The translations under genes and the position numbers were made by a program. Of a stretch of 64,000 nucleotides of DNA, positions 51,765 to 61,741 are shown piece by piece. Within the stretch, counting starts at the first letter, position 1. Every line of letters begins with the position of its first letter. Under the pieces are notes generated by a model, which did not search any database, had not been told where the DNA came from, and saw nothing but the letters and a program-made list of their open reading frames with translations. The stretch comes from Alphaproteobacteria bacterium. Its GTDB lineage: Bacteria; Pseudomonadota; Alphaproteobacteria; MPNO01; UBA830. The stretch covers positions 3,744,001 through 3,808,000 of the forward strand of contig OZ251539.1 in NCBI GenBank assembly GCA_965243135.1. Reading direction: 5' to 3'.

Positions 51765-53963
51765 ATGGCAGAATCCCAGCCTTCTCTGGCTCCGAATCTC
51801 AAGCGTAAGCGCGGCGGACGGCGGAAGACCCCGACCATCCTGCAGATGGAGGCGACGGAGTGCGGCGCCGCTTGTCTGGCGATGATTCTCGGCCATTACG
51901 GCAGATGGGTGCCGCTCGAAGAGTTGCGGGTGCGCTGCGGCGTGTCGCGCGACGGCAGCAAGGCGGGCAACATGCTGCGGGCTGCGCGCGAATACGGACT
52001 CGTCGCGCAGGGCTTCCGGCGCGATCCGGGCCGCCTGTTCGACCTTCCCTTCCCGATGATCGTTTTCTGGAACTTCAACCATTTCATCGTGCTCGAAGGA
52101 ATCAAGGGCGACGCCGTCTACATCAACGACCCCGGTCAGGGGCCGCGCCGGCTCACCATGCAGGAGTTCGACGAGGGATTCACGGGGGTGTGCCTGGCTT
52201 TCGCTTGCGGTCCGGAGTTTCGGCGCGACGGCAGTCCGCCGAACGTGGCGCGCGGCCTGTTCGCCCGCCTCGGCCATGCGCGGACGCCCCTCTTTTACGT
52301 CATGCTGGCGACCCTGATCCTGGTCGTGCCGGGACTGGCCATACCGACGATATCCAAGGTCTTCGTGGACGATGTGCTGATCCCGCGCAACGAAACCCTG
52401 CTGCTGCCGCTGCTGATCGGTCTCGCGACCGCCTCTATCCTGCAAGGAGGGCTGACCTGGCTGCAACAGGACTGCCTCGCCCGCCTGGAAACCAAGCTGT
52501 CTCTGGTGACGACCTCGCACTTCTTCCAGCATGTCATAACCCTGCCGATGGCCTTTTTCGGCCAACGCTTCGCCGGCGACGTCGCCAGCCGCGTCGCGTC
52601 GAACGACAAGGTCGCGGCGTTGATCTCGGGCGAGCTTGCCACCAACGTGGTCAATATGCTGACCATGGCGATCTACGCGGCCGTCATGATCTCCTACGAT
52701 TTGGCGTTGACCCTGGTCGCGTTCGGCATGGTCTCCATCAACGTGCTGATGCTGCGGCTGGTATCTCGCGCTCGCGAGGACGGGAGCCGCCGCCTGCTCA
52801 AGGAACACGGCAAGGTGCTCGGCACGTCCGTCAACGGCGTCCACATGATCGAGACGCTGAAGGCGAACGGCACCGAGAACGTGTTTTTCAGGCGCTGGTC
52901 GGGAATGCACGCCAACGCGCTCACCGCGCAGCAGGAGCTCGGGTTGCTCACGAACCTGCTGAATGTCGTCCCGCCCCTGCTCGCCTCGATCACCACCGTC
53001 GCCATTCTCGGCGTCGGCGGACTGCGCGTTCTCGACGGCGCGCTCACCATCGGCGGGCTGGTCGCTTTCCAGAGCCTTGCCCGGAGCTTCTCCGGGCCGA
53101 TCGAGGGGATCGTTCAGTTCGCCTCCAATCTTCAGACGGTCAAGGGCGATATCGCCCGGCTCGACGACGTATTGAACTACGCTCCGGATCCGCGCGTGGT
53201 GAAGGGTCGGGATCCCGAACGCTTTATGGAGTTTTCGGAGCCGGCGGCCGGTTTCGTATCTCTCGAAAACATCTCCTTCGGCTACAACGTGAAGGAGCCG
53301 CCGCTCATCGAGGATTTCAATCTCAAGATCGGGCCCGGCCAACGCGTTGCCCTGGTCGGCGGTTCGGGCAGCGGCAAATCGACCGTCGGCAAGCTGATCT
53401 GCGGTCTGCTGGAGCCATGGTCCGGCACCGTGCGCATCGACGGTCGGTCGGTCGAGGAGATGTCGTCGGCGGATCTGGTCGGCAAGCTCTCTTACGTCGA
53501 TCAGGAAATCGTGCTGTTCGAGGGAACCGTGCGCGACAATGTCAGCCTGTGGAATCCCCTCGTCGCGGATCGCAGCCTCACCCAAGCTCTGCGCGATGCC
53601 GCGGTCCACGACGATGTCATGTCGGTTCCCGGCAAGTACGATGCGGTGGTGGAAGAGAGCGGTCGCAATTTCAGCGGCGGGCAGCGTCAACGCCTGGAAA
53701 TCGCCCGCGCGCTGTCCTTGGACCCGGCCATTCTGGTGCTCGACGAGGCCACTGCGGCGCTCGATCCGGTGACCGAGATGGAGATCGACGATCGCCTTCG
53801 GCAGCGGGGTTGCACCTGCATCATTGTCGCCCACCGCCTCAGCACCATCCGGGACGCGGACGCGATCGTCGTCCTGGATCGCGGGCGCGTGGCCCAGCAG
53901 GGCACGCACGAGCAGTTGATGGAGCAGGGCGGTATCTATCGCTCGCTGATCGCGTCGAGTTGA
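51765..53963 (+). CDS. NHLP export ABC transporter, C39 peptidase/permease/ATPase
   Basis: QMEATECGAACL, WNFNHF, INDP, GGSGSGKST, FSGGQRQR, LDEAT. Confidence 0.95.
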   Translation: MAESQPSLAPNLKRKRGGRRKTPTILQMEATECGAACLAMILGHYGRWVPLEELRVRCGVSRDGSKAGNMLRAAREYGLVAQGFRRDPGRLFDLPFPMIVFWNFNHFIVLEGIKGDAVYINDPGQGPRRLTMQEFDEGFTGVCLAFACGPEFRRDGSPPNVARGLFARLGHARTPLFYVMLATLILVVPGLAIPTISKVFVDDVLIPRNETLLLPLLIGLATASILQGGLTWLQQDCLARLETKLSLVTTSHFFQHVITLPMAFFGQRFAGDVASRVASNDKVAALISGELATNVVNMLTMAIYAAVMISYDLALTLVAFGMVSINVLMLRLVSRAREDGSRRLLKEHGKVLGTSVNGVHMIETLKANGTENVFFRRWSGMHANALTAQQELGLLTNLLNVVPPLLASITTVAILGVGGLRVLDGALTIGGLVAFQSLARSFSGPIEGIVQFASNLQTVKGDIARLDDVLNYAPDPRVVKGRDPERFMEFSEPAAGFVSLENISFGYNVKEPPLIEDFNLKIGPGQRVALVGGSGSGKSTVGKLICGLLEPWSGTVRIDGRSVEEMSSADLVGKLSYVDQEIVLFEGTVRDNVSLWNPLVADRSLTQALRDAAVHDDVMSVPGKYDAVVEESGRNFSGGQRQRLEIARALSLDPAILVLDEATAALDPVTEMEIDDRLRQRGCTCIIVAHRLSTIRDADAIVVLDRGRVAQQGTHEQLMEQGGIYRSLIASS

Positions 53964-53967
53964 AGCG

Positions 53968-56904
53968 ATGACCGACAACAACGTCGTAGCCGAACGCATC
54001 AATGGCGTATCCTTCAGGGCCGGAGCGAACCAGCCCTTTCTCATGGACGATCCCGCCCGCGCTTTCTGGGTCGAGGACGGACATCTGGACATCTTCGCGA
54101 TCAAGCTCCTCAGCAACGAGGTCGCTACCCGTACGCCCTTCGTCACCCGCGTGCCCGCCGGAAGCATGTGCTTCGGCGCCCAGCGTCTGGCGGGCCGCGG
54201 GGGATCGGAGGGTCTGTTCGCCTTCCTCGCCGTGCCTTCCATCGACGCTGTCATCACCGTGGGCGAACGCGCCCGCGTCGCCTCGAAGGAAAATTTCGAC
54301 CTCGACGCGGTGATCTGGATCGACGAGTGGGTCGCCCGGCTCTCCGAGTTCCCGGTCCGAGGCGGAAGCCCGCCGCCGCGCAACGCGGCGCTGCTCGATG
54401 CCGACCCGAACGTGCCGTATCCCGCGGGCACCGCCGTAAGCGCGCATCACTCGGACATCGTCTGGGTTTCCGCCAACCGGCCGATCAGCTTCATCGGGGA
54501 CGGCGATCTGACCATCGGCGACGGCAGCCAGCTCGTGCCGCTGTCCGAGCGGACCTGGTTCGAGCTGGACGGCGACACCGAAGTCACGGCGCTTCAAACT
54601 CCGGCCGTCGTCATCGCGGAGCGGCTTTGGCCGTCCCTGGATCGTTTCAGCGCCCTTATCCTCGAATATGCGGCCATCGCCGAACGACGGAAGATCGATA
54701 CCTACAGCGACTATTATCAAACCCTGCTGCGGTCTCGCGAGACGACCACGACGAAGATGTTCGGGACCCTCGGCCAGGTTCTGGGCGTAGCGCAGGACCA
54801 GGAACAAAAGATCGCCGCCTCGTCCGGCGAGACTCCGCTGCGAACGGCGGTAAGCATCGTCGCCGAAGCCGCCGGGGTCACGCTCGAAATCGCGCGCAAC
54901 GTGAAGGAACCCGCCGATCCGGAGGAGGCAGTGGAAACGCTGGTTCGTCCGTCCGGCATCCGCTCGCGGAGAATCACGCTCACCGCCGACTGGTGGCGGC
55001 GGGACGGGCCTTCCTTGGTCGCGCTCGCAGGCGAGGAAAAACGGCCGATCGCTCTGCTTTCGGACGGGCGCGGCTCCTATCGCGCGGTCGATCCGACCGC
55101 CGGCAAGAGCTTCCCCGTTAGCGAAAAGGATGCCGCCGCGATCGGGCGTCACGGCGTGATGCTCTATTCGCCGCTTCCGCTGGATATCAAGGACGGGCTG
55201 TCGGCGCTGCGCGCTAGCTTGCGCGGGCGCTCGAGGGATCTCGGCGTCCTGATAACCATGGCCGTTCTCGGCGCTCTGGTCGCCTTGCTTACCCCTGTGG
55301 CGACCGGCGAGCTTCTCGCGGAGGTCGTCCCGCGCGTGGATACCTCGATGTGGATCGCCTATCTCGTCGCGTTGGTGTTCGCCGCTTTCGGCACCGCGAT
55401 GTTCGACGTGGTGCGCGCCCTTGCGTTGTTGCGAATCGAGGGCCGAATCGACGAGCGGCTCCAGGCGGCCGTGTGGATTCGCCTGCTCTCGCTGCCGGCG
55501 CCTTTCTTCCGCAGATTCACCGCCGGCGACCTGGCCGACCGGGCGAACGGCATAACCATGATCCGGCAGATGCTGACCGGCGCGACCGCGACCGCGGTGA
55601 TCGGCGGCGTGTTCTCCGTCTTCAGCTTCGCTTTGCTGTTCTACTACAGCTGGGAGCTCGCGCTGAGCGCGGCCGCCTTGCTGCTCGTTCTCATCGCCGC
55701 CACCTGGATATTCGCGCGCGGCGCAATGAAGCACCACCGCGCGGCGTTCACCGCCCAAGGATTGATCGACGGCTTCGTTTTCCAGTTGATCACCGGACTC
55801 TCCAAGCTGCGGATGGCGAACGCCGAAGCCGACGCGCTCGTGCATTGGGCGGAGCGCTACGCCGTCCAGAAACGCCGGACGCTTTCGGCGCGCCGCTGGG
55901 CCGCGGCCCAGTTTACCTTCAACAGCATGTTTACGCCGCTCGCCTCGCTCACCCTTTTCGCCCTCATCTGGTACATGCTTATCGAGGGCGGACAACAAGC
56001 CAGTTTCGGCCTCGCGGACTTCCTGTCCTTCAACGCCGCCTTCGGGCAGTTCGCCGCTTCGATGGTCGGGCTGACCGCCGCATGGACGACCGTGATATCG
56101 ACCATCCCGCTCTTCGAGCGCGTCCAGCCGATCCTCGAAGAACGGCCCGAGATAGCCGTGGGAGGCGCCGACCCGGGCGATCTAACCGGCGAAATCGAAT
56201 TTTCGAACGTGTGCTTCCGCTATCTTCCATCGGTTCCGAACGCGGTCGACGGAGTGTCCTTTCAGATCCGACCGGGCGATTTCGTGGCCTTCGTCGGTCC
56301 GTCCGGTTCGGGAAAGTCGACGATCTATCGGCTGCTGCTCGGCTTCGAGGTCCCGGATTCAGGCGCGATCTTCCTCGACGGCAATGACCTGTCGAGCCTC
56401 GACATGGCGGCGATCCGCTCCCGCATGGGCGTGGTCTTGCAAAACAGCCAGCTTTCCGCCGACAGCATTCTGAAAAACATCACCTGCGGCGCGCCGATGA
56501 CCATGGACGAAGCTTGGGAGGCCGCCCGGGCGGTCGGTCTCGCAGAGGACATCGAGGCGATGCCGATGGGGATGCACACGGTGCTGCCCGAGGGAGGGGG
56601 GGGGTTGTCCGGCGGGCAGAAGCAGCGGCTGCTGATCGCCCGCGCCATGGCCCGGAAACCGCGCATCATGCTGTTCGACGAGGCTACCAGCGCCCTCGAC
56701 AACCGCACCCAGGCGATCGTCCAGGCATCGCTGAAGCAGCTCAGCATCACCCGCGTGGTGATCGCCCACCGCCTCTCCACGGTGCAGGACGCCGACCAGA
56801 TCTTCGTCCTGGAGGCGGGTCGAATCGTCGAGTCCGGACGCTACGACGATCTCATGGAACAAGACGGCGTCTTCACCTCTCTGGCGCGGCGGCAGGTCGT
56901 CTGA
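53968..56904 (+). CDS. NHLP export ABC transporter permease/ATPase (peptidase-inactive partner)
   Basis: Long N-terminal domain, WWRRDGP, GPSGSGKST, LSGGQKQR, FDEATSALD. Confidence 0.92.
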   Translation: MTDNNVVAERINGVSFRAGANQPFLMDDPARAFWVEDGHLDIFAIKLLSNEVATRTPFVTRVPAGSMCFGAQRLAGRGGSEGLFAFLAVPSIDAVITVGERARVASKENFDLDAVIWIDEWVARLSEFPVRGGSPPPRNAALLDADPNVPYPAGTAVSAHHSDIVWVSANRPISFIGDGDLTIGDGSQLVPLSERTWFELDGDTEVTALQTPAVVIAERLWPSLDRFSALILEYAAIAERRKIDTYSDYYQTLLRSRETTTTKMFGTLGQVLGVAQDQEQKIAASSGETPLRTAVSIVAEAAGVTLEIARNVKEPADPEEAVETLVRPSGIRSRRITLTADWWRRDGPSLVALAGEEKRPIALLSDGRGSYRAVDPTAGKSFPVSEKDAAAIGRHGVMLYSPLPLDIKDGLSALRASLRGRSRDLGVLITMAVLGALVALLTPVATGELLAEVVPRVDTSMWIAYLVALVFAAFGTAMFDVVRALALLRIEGRIDERLQAAVWIRLLSLPAPFFRRFTAGDLADRANGITMIRQMLTGATATAVIGGVFSVFSFALLFYYSWELALSAAALLLVLIAATWIFARGAMKHHRAAFTAQGLIDGFVFQLITGLSKLRMANAEADALVHWAERYAVQKRRTLSARRWAAAQFTFNSMFTPLASLTLFALIWYMLIEGGQQASFGLADFLSFNAAFGQFAASMVGLTAAWTTVISTIPLFERVQPILEERPEIAVGGADPGDLTGEIEFSNVCFRYLPSVPNAVDGVSFQIRPGDFVAFVGPSGSGKSTIYRLLLGFEVPDSGAIFLDGNDLSSLDMAAIRSRMGVVLQNSQLSADSILKNITCGAPMTMDEAWEAARAVGLAEDIEAMPMGMHTVLPEGGGGLSGGQKQRLLIARAMARKPRIMLFDEATSALDNRTQAIVQASLKQLSITRVVIAHRLSTVQDADQIFVLEAGRIVESGRYDDLMEQDGVFTSLARRQVV

Positions 56905-56910
56905 TCCGCG

Positions 56911-57708
56911 TCAAGCGGCCGGCGCCCCGTCGCTTACGCGGCGCGCGTATTCGTGCCATTCCGCCGAATAGACGGCGTCGTGCAGGGTCAGCCGCTTCTC
57001 GCGCGGTTCATAGACTCCGCAATGCAGCATGTTGCTCCTGTAGACGACGAGGTCGCCGGGAGCCGCCGCGACATTGACCGCTCCGCAGGATTTCAGCTTT
57101 CCGGGCAGCGCGCTCCGCAAGGCGTCGACCGCCTCGAGGTCCAAGGGGCCGATGCGGCAGTCGCGATGGACGGCGCGCGCCCGAACCAGTTGCGATTCGT
57201 CTTCGCTGTCGTCCCGCGCATGGGATCCCGGTATTACCCACAGGCTCGAATCCGCGAGCAAAGGGATGTTGATCTGATTGAAGTATCTCAGATCCCCGGT
57301 TCGAGCCTTCCATGCGTCGAAATCCAGATCGTCCAGGAAATCTCGATAGTCCCGGTGCAGCCCCGTCGACCACCATCGGTCGAGCGGCTCGATCAGAAGA
57401 CCCGTGAGATGGGGATCTCGCGACATTTTCGGGGCGGGCAGTATCGTTCCCCGGAACAGCGCGTCGATAGACCTGTCGAGTTGCGGATTGTCGTAGAACG
57501 CCGCGATCCAGGCCGAAGCTCCGGGATGAGATTGAAGCGGCTGAACGCGCTGGATGTTGCGGTCGCGGGTCAAGAGCCGCGCCCGTTCCGGCAGGCGCTC
57601 GACGAAGCGGATCGCCGAAGCGACTTCTTCGGTCCCGAAGACGCCGCGAATATGGACGAAGCCATCCTTGATATAACGGTCGCGCAGGTCCAAAGCCAAG
57701 TACCGCAC
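56911..57708 (-). CDS. PhyH-like Fe(II)/2OG dioxygenase (start uncertain)
   Basis: YIKDGFV, LHRD, LWVIPGSH, PGDLVVY..LHCG, RLTLH. Confidence 0.78.
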   Translation of the reverse strand: MRYLALDLRDRYIKDGFVHIRGVFGTEEVASAIRFVERLPERARLLTRDRNIQRVQPLQSHPGASAWIAAFYDNPQLDRSIDALFRGTILPAPKMSRDPHLTGLLIEPLDRWWSTGLHRDYRDFLDDLDFDAWKARTGDLRYFNQINIPLLADSSLWVIPGSHARDDSEDESQLVRARAVHRDCRIGPLDLEAVDALRSALPGKLKSCGAVNVAAAPGDLVVYRSNMLHCGVYEPREKRLTLHDAVYSAEWHEYARRVSDGAPAA

Positions 57709-57713
57709 AGGGT

Positions 57714-59189
57714 TCAGTCGAGGAACATGAGGCCGGGTTTGAGGTTCCAGCGCGTTCGCTGCGCCTCGCGCTCGAGATCCGGCAGATCCCGGATTCCGAG
57801 CTCGCGCGGCGTCAGCGCCCCGATCGCGTCCAGAAGCGAATACGCCTGCACGAGGGCGTCGCGCTCGGCCGTCAGCGCCCTGACCTGGTAAAGCACGAGA
57901 CTTCGTTCGGCGTCGAGCACTTCTCGCGTCGAGCGCTCGCCGATAGCCGTCTCTCTGCGAATGCCGGCGAGCGCGACCCGCGCCGCCTCCACCGCAGTCG
58001 CCAATGCCGCCCGGCGCTGCCGGGCCGCGAGCATGCCGTGCCAAGCGCTCGCAGCCCGCTGCGCCGCATCGCGCTGCGCGGCGGCGCGTTGGTCGCGGCG
58101 CTGCGCCAAGGCGTGTCCCGCCTGGCGGACCCGCGTCCCGACCGAGCCGGCCTGGTAGAGCGGGATTCTCAGCTGGACGCCCAAGCTCTGGTCGGTGCTG
58201 TTGAGAAAGCCGTCGGTGCCGTGTCCTATGGTTCTTGCGACGGTGGCCCTCAGATCGACGCTAGGTCCTATGTCGCCCTTGGCGGCGCGCACTGCATGGG
58301 CGGCGGCCCGTTCCGCGTAAACGGCGGCGCGCACCGAGGGGTGCCGGTTCCGGGCAGCGTCCAGCGCCGCGTCCAGCGTCTCGGGCAGGCCGGCCGGCTC
58401 GTTCGCAGGTTCCAACCCGACCGCCGGCAGTCCCACCAGCGTTTCGAACAACGCCTGCTGCACTTCGAGACTGGCCTTGGCCGAGGCCATGTCGGCGGCG
58501 GCGATCTCCCGCTCCGCATCGGCCTGGGCGACGTCGGCCCGGGTGCGATCGCCGACCCGGAACTGGGCCCTGGTCTCGCGGGCCTGACGTTGAAAGGAAG
58601 AGAGCGCAGCCTCGCGCAACCTGACGGTGCGCTCGGCGCGAAGCACGTCGAGATAGGCCGTGGCCGCGCGCAGCAGCACGGCCTGCTCGGTGTCTTCGAC
58701 GACGGCGTGGCTCTGCCGCACGCCCTCCTCCGCCTGGCGCAGCCCTGCCGTGTCCCGTCCGCTACGGAAGAGATTGTGGGTGTAGGCGAGCTCCAGCGAC
58801 TGCCGGTCGCTGCCGTCGCTGCCGGTCTCCAGGCCGGGCAGTGGAAACAGAGCGGCCCTATCGGGGATGAAGCGTTCCGTGGTGGTGTCGATCACCGGAA
58901 GGCGCCCAAAAGAAGTAGGAGCGCCCTGTCTGGCGGCGGTGCCGATCCGGGTTCCGCTCGCGCCCGCGGTGAGCTGAATCGTCGGAAACCATGCCGAGAG
59001 CGCGAGAGGGACGCTCTCGTGACGGGAACGAGCTGCGGCGCGGGCGGCCTGCACGTTCGGGTTGGATCGCGCCGCTTCGACCAGCGTTTCCTCGATGGTC
59101 AGCGCGCGAGCCGGAACGGCAGCCAAAACCGCCGCGAAAACCAGGAGCGCGCAACGCCGGGCCGTTTCAAGGCCGTTCTTGACCGGCAA
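57714..59189 (-). CDS. tolC: TolC-family outer-membrane efflux protein (start uncertain)
   Basis: Signal peptide ..AVPARA, SNP, ATAYLDVL, VGDRTRADVAQA, HPSV, IPLYQAG, GERSTREVLDAE. Confidence 0.88.
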   Translation of the reverse strand: MPVKNGLETARRCALLVFAAVLAAVPARALTIEETLVEAARSNPNVQAARAAARSRHESVPLALSAWFPTIQLTAGASGTRIGTAARQGAPTSFGRLPVIDTTTERFIPDRAALFPLPGLETGSDGSDRQSLELAYTHNLFRSGRDTAGLRQAEEGVRQSHAVVEDTEQAVLLRAATAYLDVLRAERTVRLREAALSSFQRQARETRAQFRVGDRTRADVAQADAEREIAAADMASAKASLEVQQALFETLVGLPAVGLEPANEPAGLPETLDAALDAARNRHPSVRAAVYAERAAAHAVRAAKGDIGPSVDLRATVARTIGHGTDGFLNSTDQSLGVQLRIPLYQAGSVGTRVRQAGHALAQRRDQRAAAQRDAAQRAASAWHGMLAARQRRAALATAVEAARVALAGIRRETAIGERSTREVLDAERSLVLYQVRALTAERDALVQAYSLLDAIGALTPRELGIRDLPDLEREAQRTRWNLKPGLMFLD

Positions 59190-59499
59190 CCCGAGAGGCG
59201 CCGCAGCGCGCGGCGGGCTCTTTTGCGCCCTTCGCCGCCGGACAGCAATTCGATCTGCTCGGGATTTCAAGATCCTCGACCTTGAACGCCCAATCCGCGC
59301 ACGCTTGAAGTTCGGGACGCCGCAGACAAGCCGATCGCACCCAAACCGTTCGAGGAAGAGAACCGAGTACGCCTTGTCGAGATCGAACATGACTTGCGAA
59401 CCGTTTTTTAGCGAATGGTGTCTTTCAGGTGGATTCAACTCTACATGTTTTCCCGAGCAAGTCCACCAGAGGCGTGCGCCGGAGTTCGCATCGGGGAGT

Positions 59500-59730
59500 C
59501 CCCAGGATTTCCCGCGCCGCATCGGGCAGCTTGGAGGTTCGCTCCACCGACGACCGAAAAGAGGCCGCCGCCGTGCAAGCGCTGCGGTTCCGCGCATTCC
59601 ACGAAGAGATGGACGCTCGGCCCTGTCGCGCGGGCGAGTCGCCGGGACACGGTTCGACGACGTCCGCGACCACCTACCCGTCCACCGCCTACGGAGGCCG
59701 TCGCCTATCGGTTGTTGCGGGAAGATCGGC
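59500..59730 (+). pseudogene. OlsB/GNAT acyltransferase fragment
   Basis: GSLEVR..AVQALRFRAFHEEMDARP, then in another frame RFDDVRDHL. Confidence 0.55.
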
Positions 59731-59834
59731 GTCCGAGCACGACTTGAATCCGCTGACCGACGGACAGTCGCGACGCGGCGGCAACCCGCGGCTCGGGCGC
59801 CCCGGCCGGACATGCACCATGTCGGCCGCGGCAT

Positions 59835-60632
59835 TCAGCCAGCGTCGCCTTCGTGGCGCAGCCAATGGGTGGCGAAGCGCCTCCACCGCTCCAGCGGCTC
59901 GCAACGGCTTATCTGCAAGCTGTCGTAGGGTCGGAGAGCCCCCGGGTGGTGCACCATCCTCCCGTCGGCCTGCACCACGGCCGCGTGATTGGGCACCTTC
60001 GACCGCACACGGAACAAGACCACGTCCCCGATGCCGGAATCCGCCGCGTCGATGGCCCGGAACCCCGCCTTCTCAAACCCCGCCCGGTAGAGATCCAGAC
60101 CCTCCAACCACCAGTTCCAGTCGCGCGGAAAGTCGGGCAGCAGGACGTTGCGCTCCTGACGGTAGTAGTCGCGAATGAGCGAGTAGCAATCCGTCACCCC
60201 GTGCCGGAACGGCCGGTTCAGCAGCGGCAGCATGGGACACTGGTCCCCGAACCAGAAGCGATCGACGCACCGCGACCGGTCGGACACCACGACGCCGAAG
60301 GGCACCGCCAAGGCCGCCTGCGCGCGCATCTCCGCCGCGCTCGGAACGAACAGCGACAGGTCGAGGTCGTCGTTTCCGGCCGCGGTCGAGGAGCGCGTGT
60401 GCACCGCCGCCAACAAGGCGCCGTGAGTTTCCTCCATCCAGCGCAGCGCCACCTCCTCGACCCGGAAATTGGCGCGCGAGTTGTCCGCGACCTCGGCGAC
60501 GGAGCGATAGACGGGGTCGGCGCGGCTCCCGAACACGGCCCCCAGCGCCTCCCCGGGAAACGCCTCGAGCGCGTGGGCGTCCATGGCGTCCTGGAGACCC
60601 TCGAACAGCCGGGTCTGCGCTATCCAGCGCAT
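59835..60632 (-). CDS. JAB/Mov34 + NlpC/P60 protein (phage tail gpK-like), copy 1
   Basis: HA..FPGEA.G, VHTR..PSAAE, PLLNRPFRHGVTDCYSLIRDYY, PNHAAV, MVHH. Confidence 0.82.
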   Translation of the reverse strand: MRWIAQTRLFEGLQDAMDAHALEAFPGEALGAVFGSRADPVYRSVAEVADNSRANFRVEEVALRWMEETHGALLAAVHTRSSTAAGNDDLDLSLFVPSAAEMRAQAALAVPFGVVVSDRSRCVDRFWFGDQCPMLPLLNRPFRHGVTDCYSLIRDYYRQERNVLLPDFPRDWNWWLEGLDLYRAGFEKAGFRAIDAADSGIGDVVLFRVRSKVPNHAAVVQADGRMVHHPGALRPYDSLQISRCEPLERWRRFATHWLRHEGDAG

Positions 60633-60639
60633 TCGAATC

Positions 60640-61140
60640 CGCTCCGGGGTTCGCGCCTGCGCCGCGGACCGTTCCTCGTTAGGCGAACGGCGGCGAGGCG
60701 CGGTCCTGCCGACGGCGCGCTTGTCGCGTCCGCAGGGAGGAGCTGCAGGTTCTGGCGCCGCTTGCGGTGGCGCGCTGGCGCAAGGTTCTGAAATCCGGAG
60801 TCGACGCCCGCCGCGCCGCCGAACGGCTCGAACGCGCGGCCACCGTCAACGCCGCTTGGCGCTCGGCGACGCTGCTCGGTCGGGCAACGCCGCGACTTCC
60901 CGCCGAGGCGACGTTCTCCGATGTCGAGATCGGCGTTCTCCGCGACTTCGCCACGGACCTCCCCGAGCCTCTCGACCTGAACGCCGCGGTGCTGGCGATG
61001 ATCGGGGTCGCCGCGACGGACCGCCCGGCTACAAGGCGATCCGGCAAACTCGCGGCTCATGGCGCAGGCCTGCGGAACCGGGTGGCCGCCGACGAGCCGC
61101 GCCAGCAACTGCGTCCGCACAAAACTTGTGACTAGGGGAG
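60640..61140 (+). mobile_element. IS4 transposase C-terminal remnant
   Basis: KVLKSG, AERLERA, AWR..LLGRATPRLPAE..FSDVEI, PPGYK. Confidence 0.7.
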
Positions 61141-61234
61141 CGCCTGACCCTCGACGCGCCGGAAAAAGGCGAGCGGAGAAGGACGGAAGGGCGACGGTCG
61201 TCACGGCCGCCACCTTCGCGTTGGAAACGGCATC

Positions 61235-61570
61235 CTAAATTCTGTCCCTCGCGGTTGCGAAGCTGCTCATGCTTCCGGCCGAATTCACGCAGGAAAGAAT
61301 GCTCCCGACGGTTCTCCCCGAGCTCGCCGCGCCACTCGACTTGCCGTCGGCGCCTCGCCCTGGAGCGCCTGGTTCGGGTCGGGAGGCATGGCCAAGCGGA
61401 AGGCGTCGCGGGCGTTGAGGGCAACGTTCACGTCCGTCGATCCCGCGCTCTCGCGGAACGTCCCTCGGACGCTCCTCGACCTCGCGCGACCGATCTTGGC
61501 GGCAGGCGTCGGCGAGGCCCTAAAGGACGATGCCTTGCCGAACGCCGCAGATGTCTTCCGGATCGTCTCC
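61235..61570 (-). pseudogene. Decayed NHLP precursor P6, followed by the first codons of a rSAM-epimerase copy
   Basis: Homologous to P4/P5; ATG deleted, internal stop, 13-nt deletion removes the double Gly; core KSSGAASSGRTVGSILSCVNSAGSMSSFATARDRI. Confidence 0.8.
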
Positions 61571-61640
61571 CCTGCGCGGTTCGGGCGGATGCTCCACCGG
61601 CGCGTACTATATCGCCCCGCTTAATGTAACCTTGTTTGGA

Positions 61641-61741
61641 CTCCACCGCATTGCTGCTGGCGCAGCCCAAGGGACGCGAACGTCAATTTCGCCATCCCGG
61701 ATGCCTTGTGGTCTCCACCGCATTGCTGCTGGCGCAGCCCA
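61641..61741. repeat. 29-bp perfect direct repeat, 72-bp period
   Basis: CTCCACCGCATTGCTGCTGGCGCAGCCCA at 61641-69 and 61713-41. Confidence 0.9.

Noticed and set aside
1910-56000. Many long overlapping or antisense ORFs (e.g. 30729..33974, 38643..41426, 51705..54431)
   Set aside because: Arg/Ala/Pro-rich shadow frames of high-GC genes with no family motifs
56596-56604. G9 run in the ABC gene (and G8 at 39509-16 in YcaO) as phase-variation tracts
   Set aside because: Short, in frame and explained by Gly codons in conserved contexts
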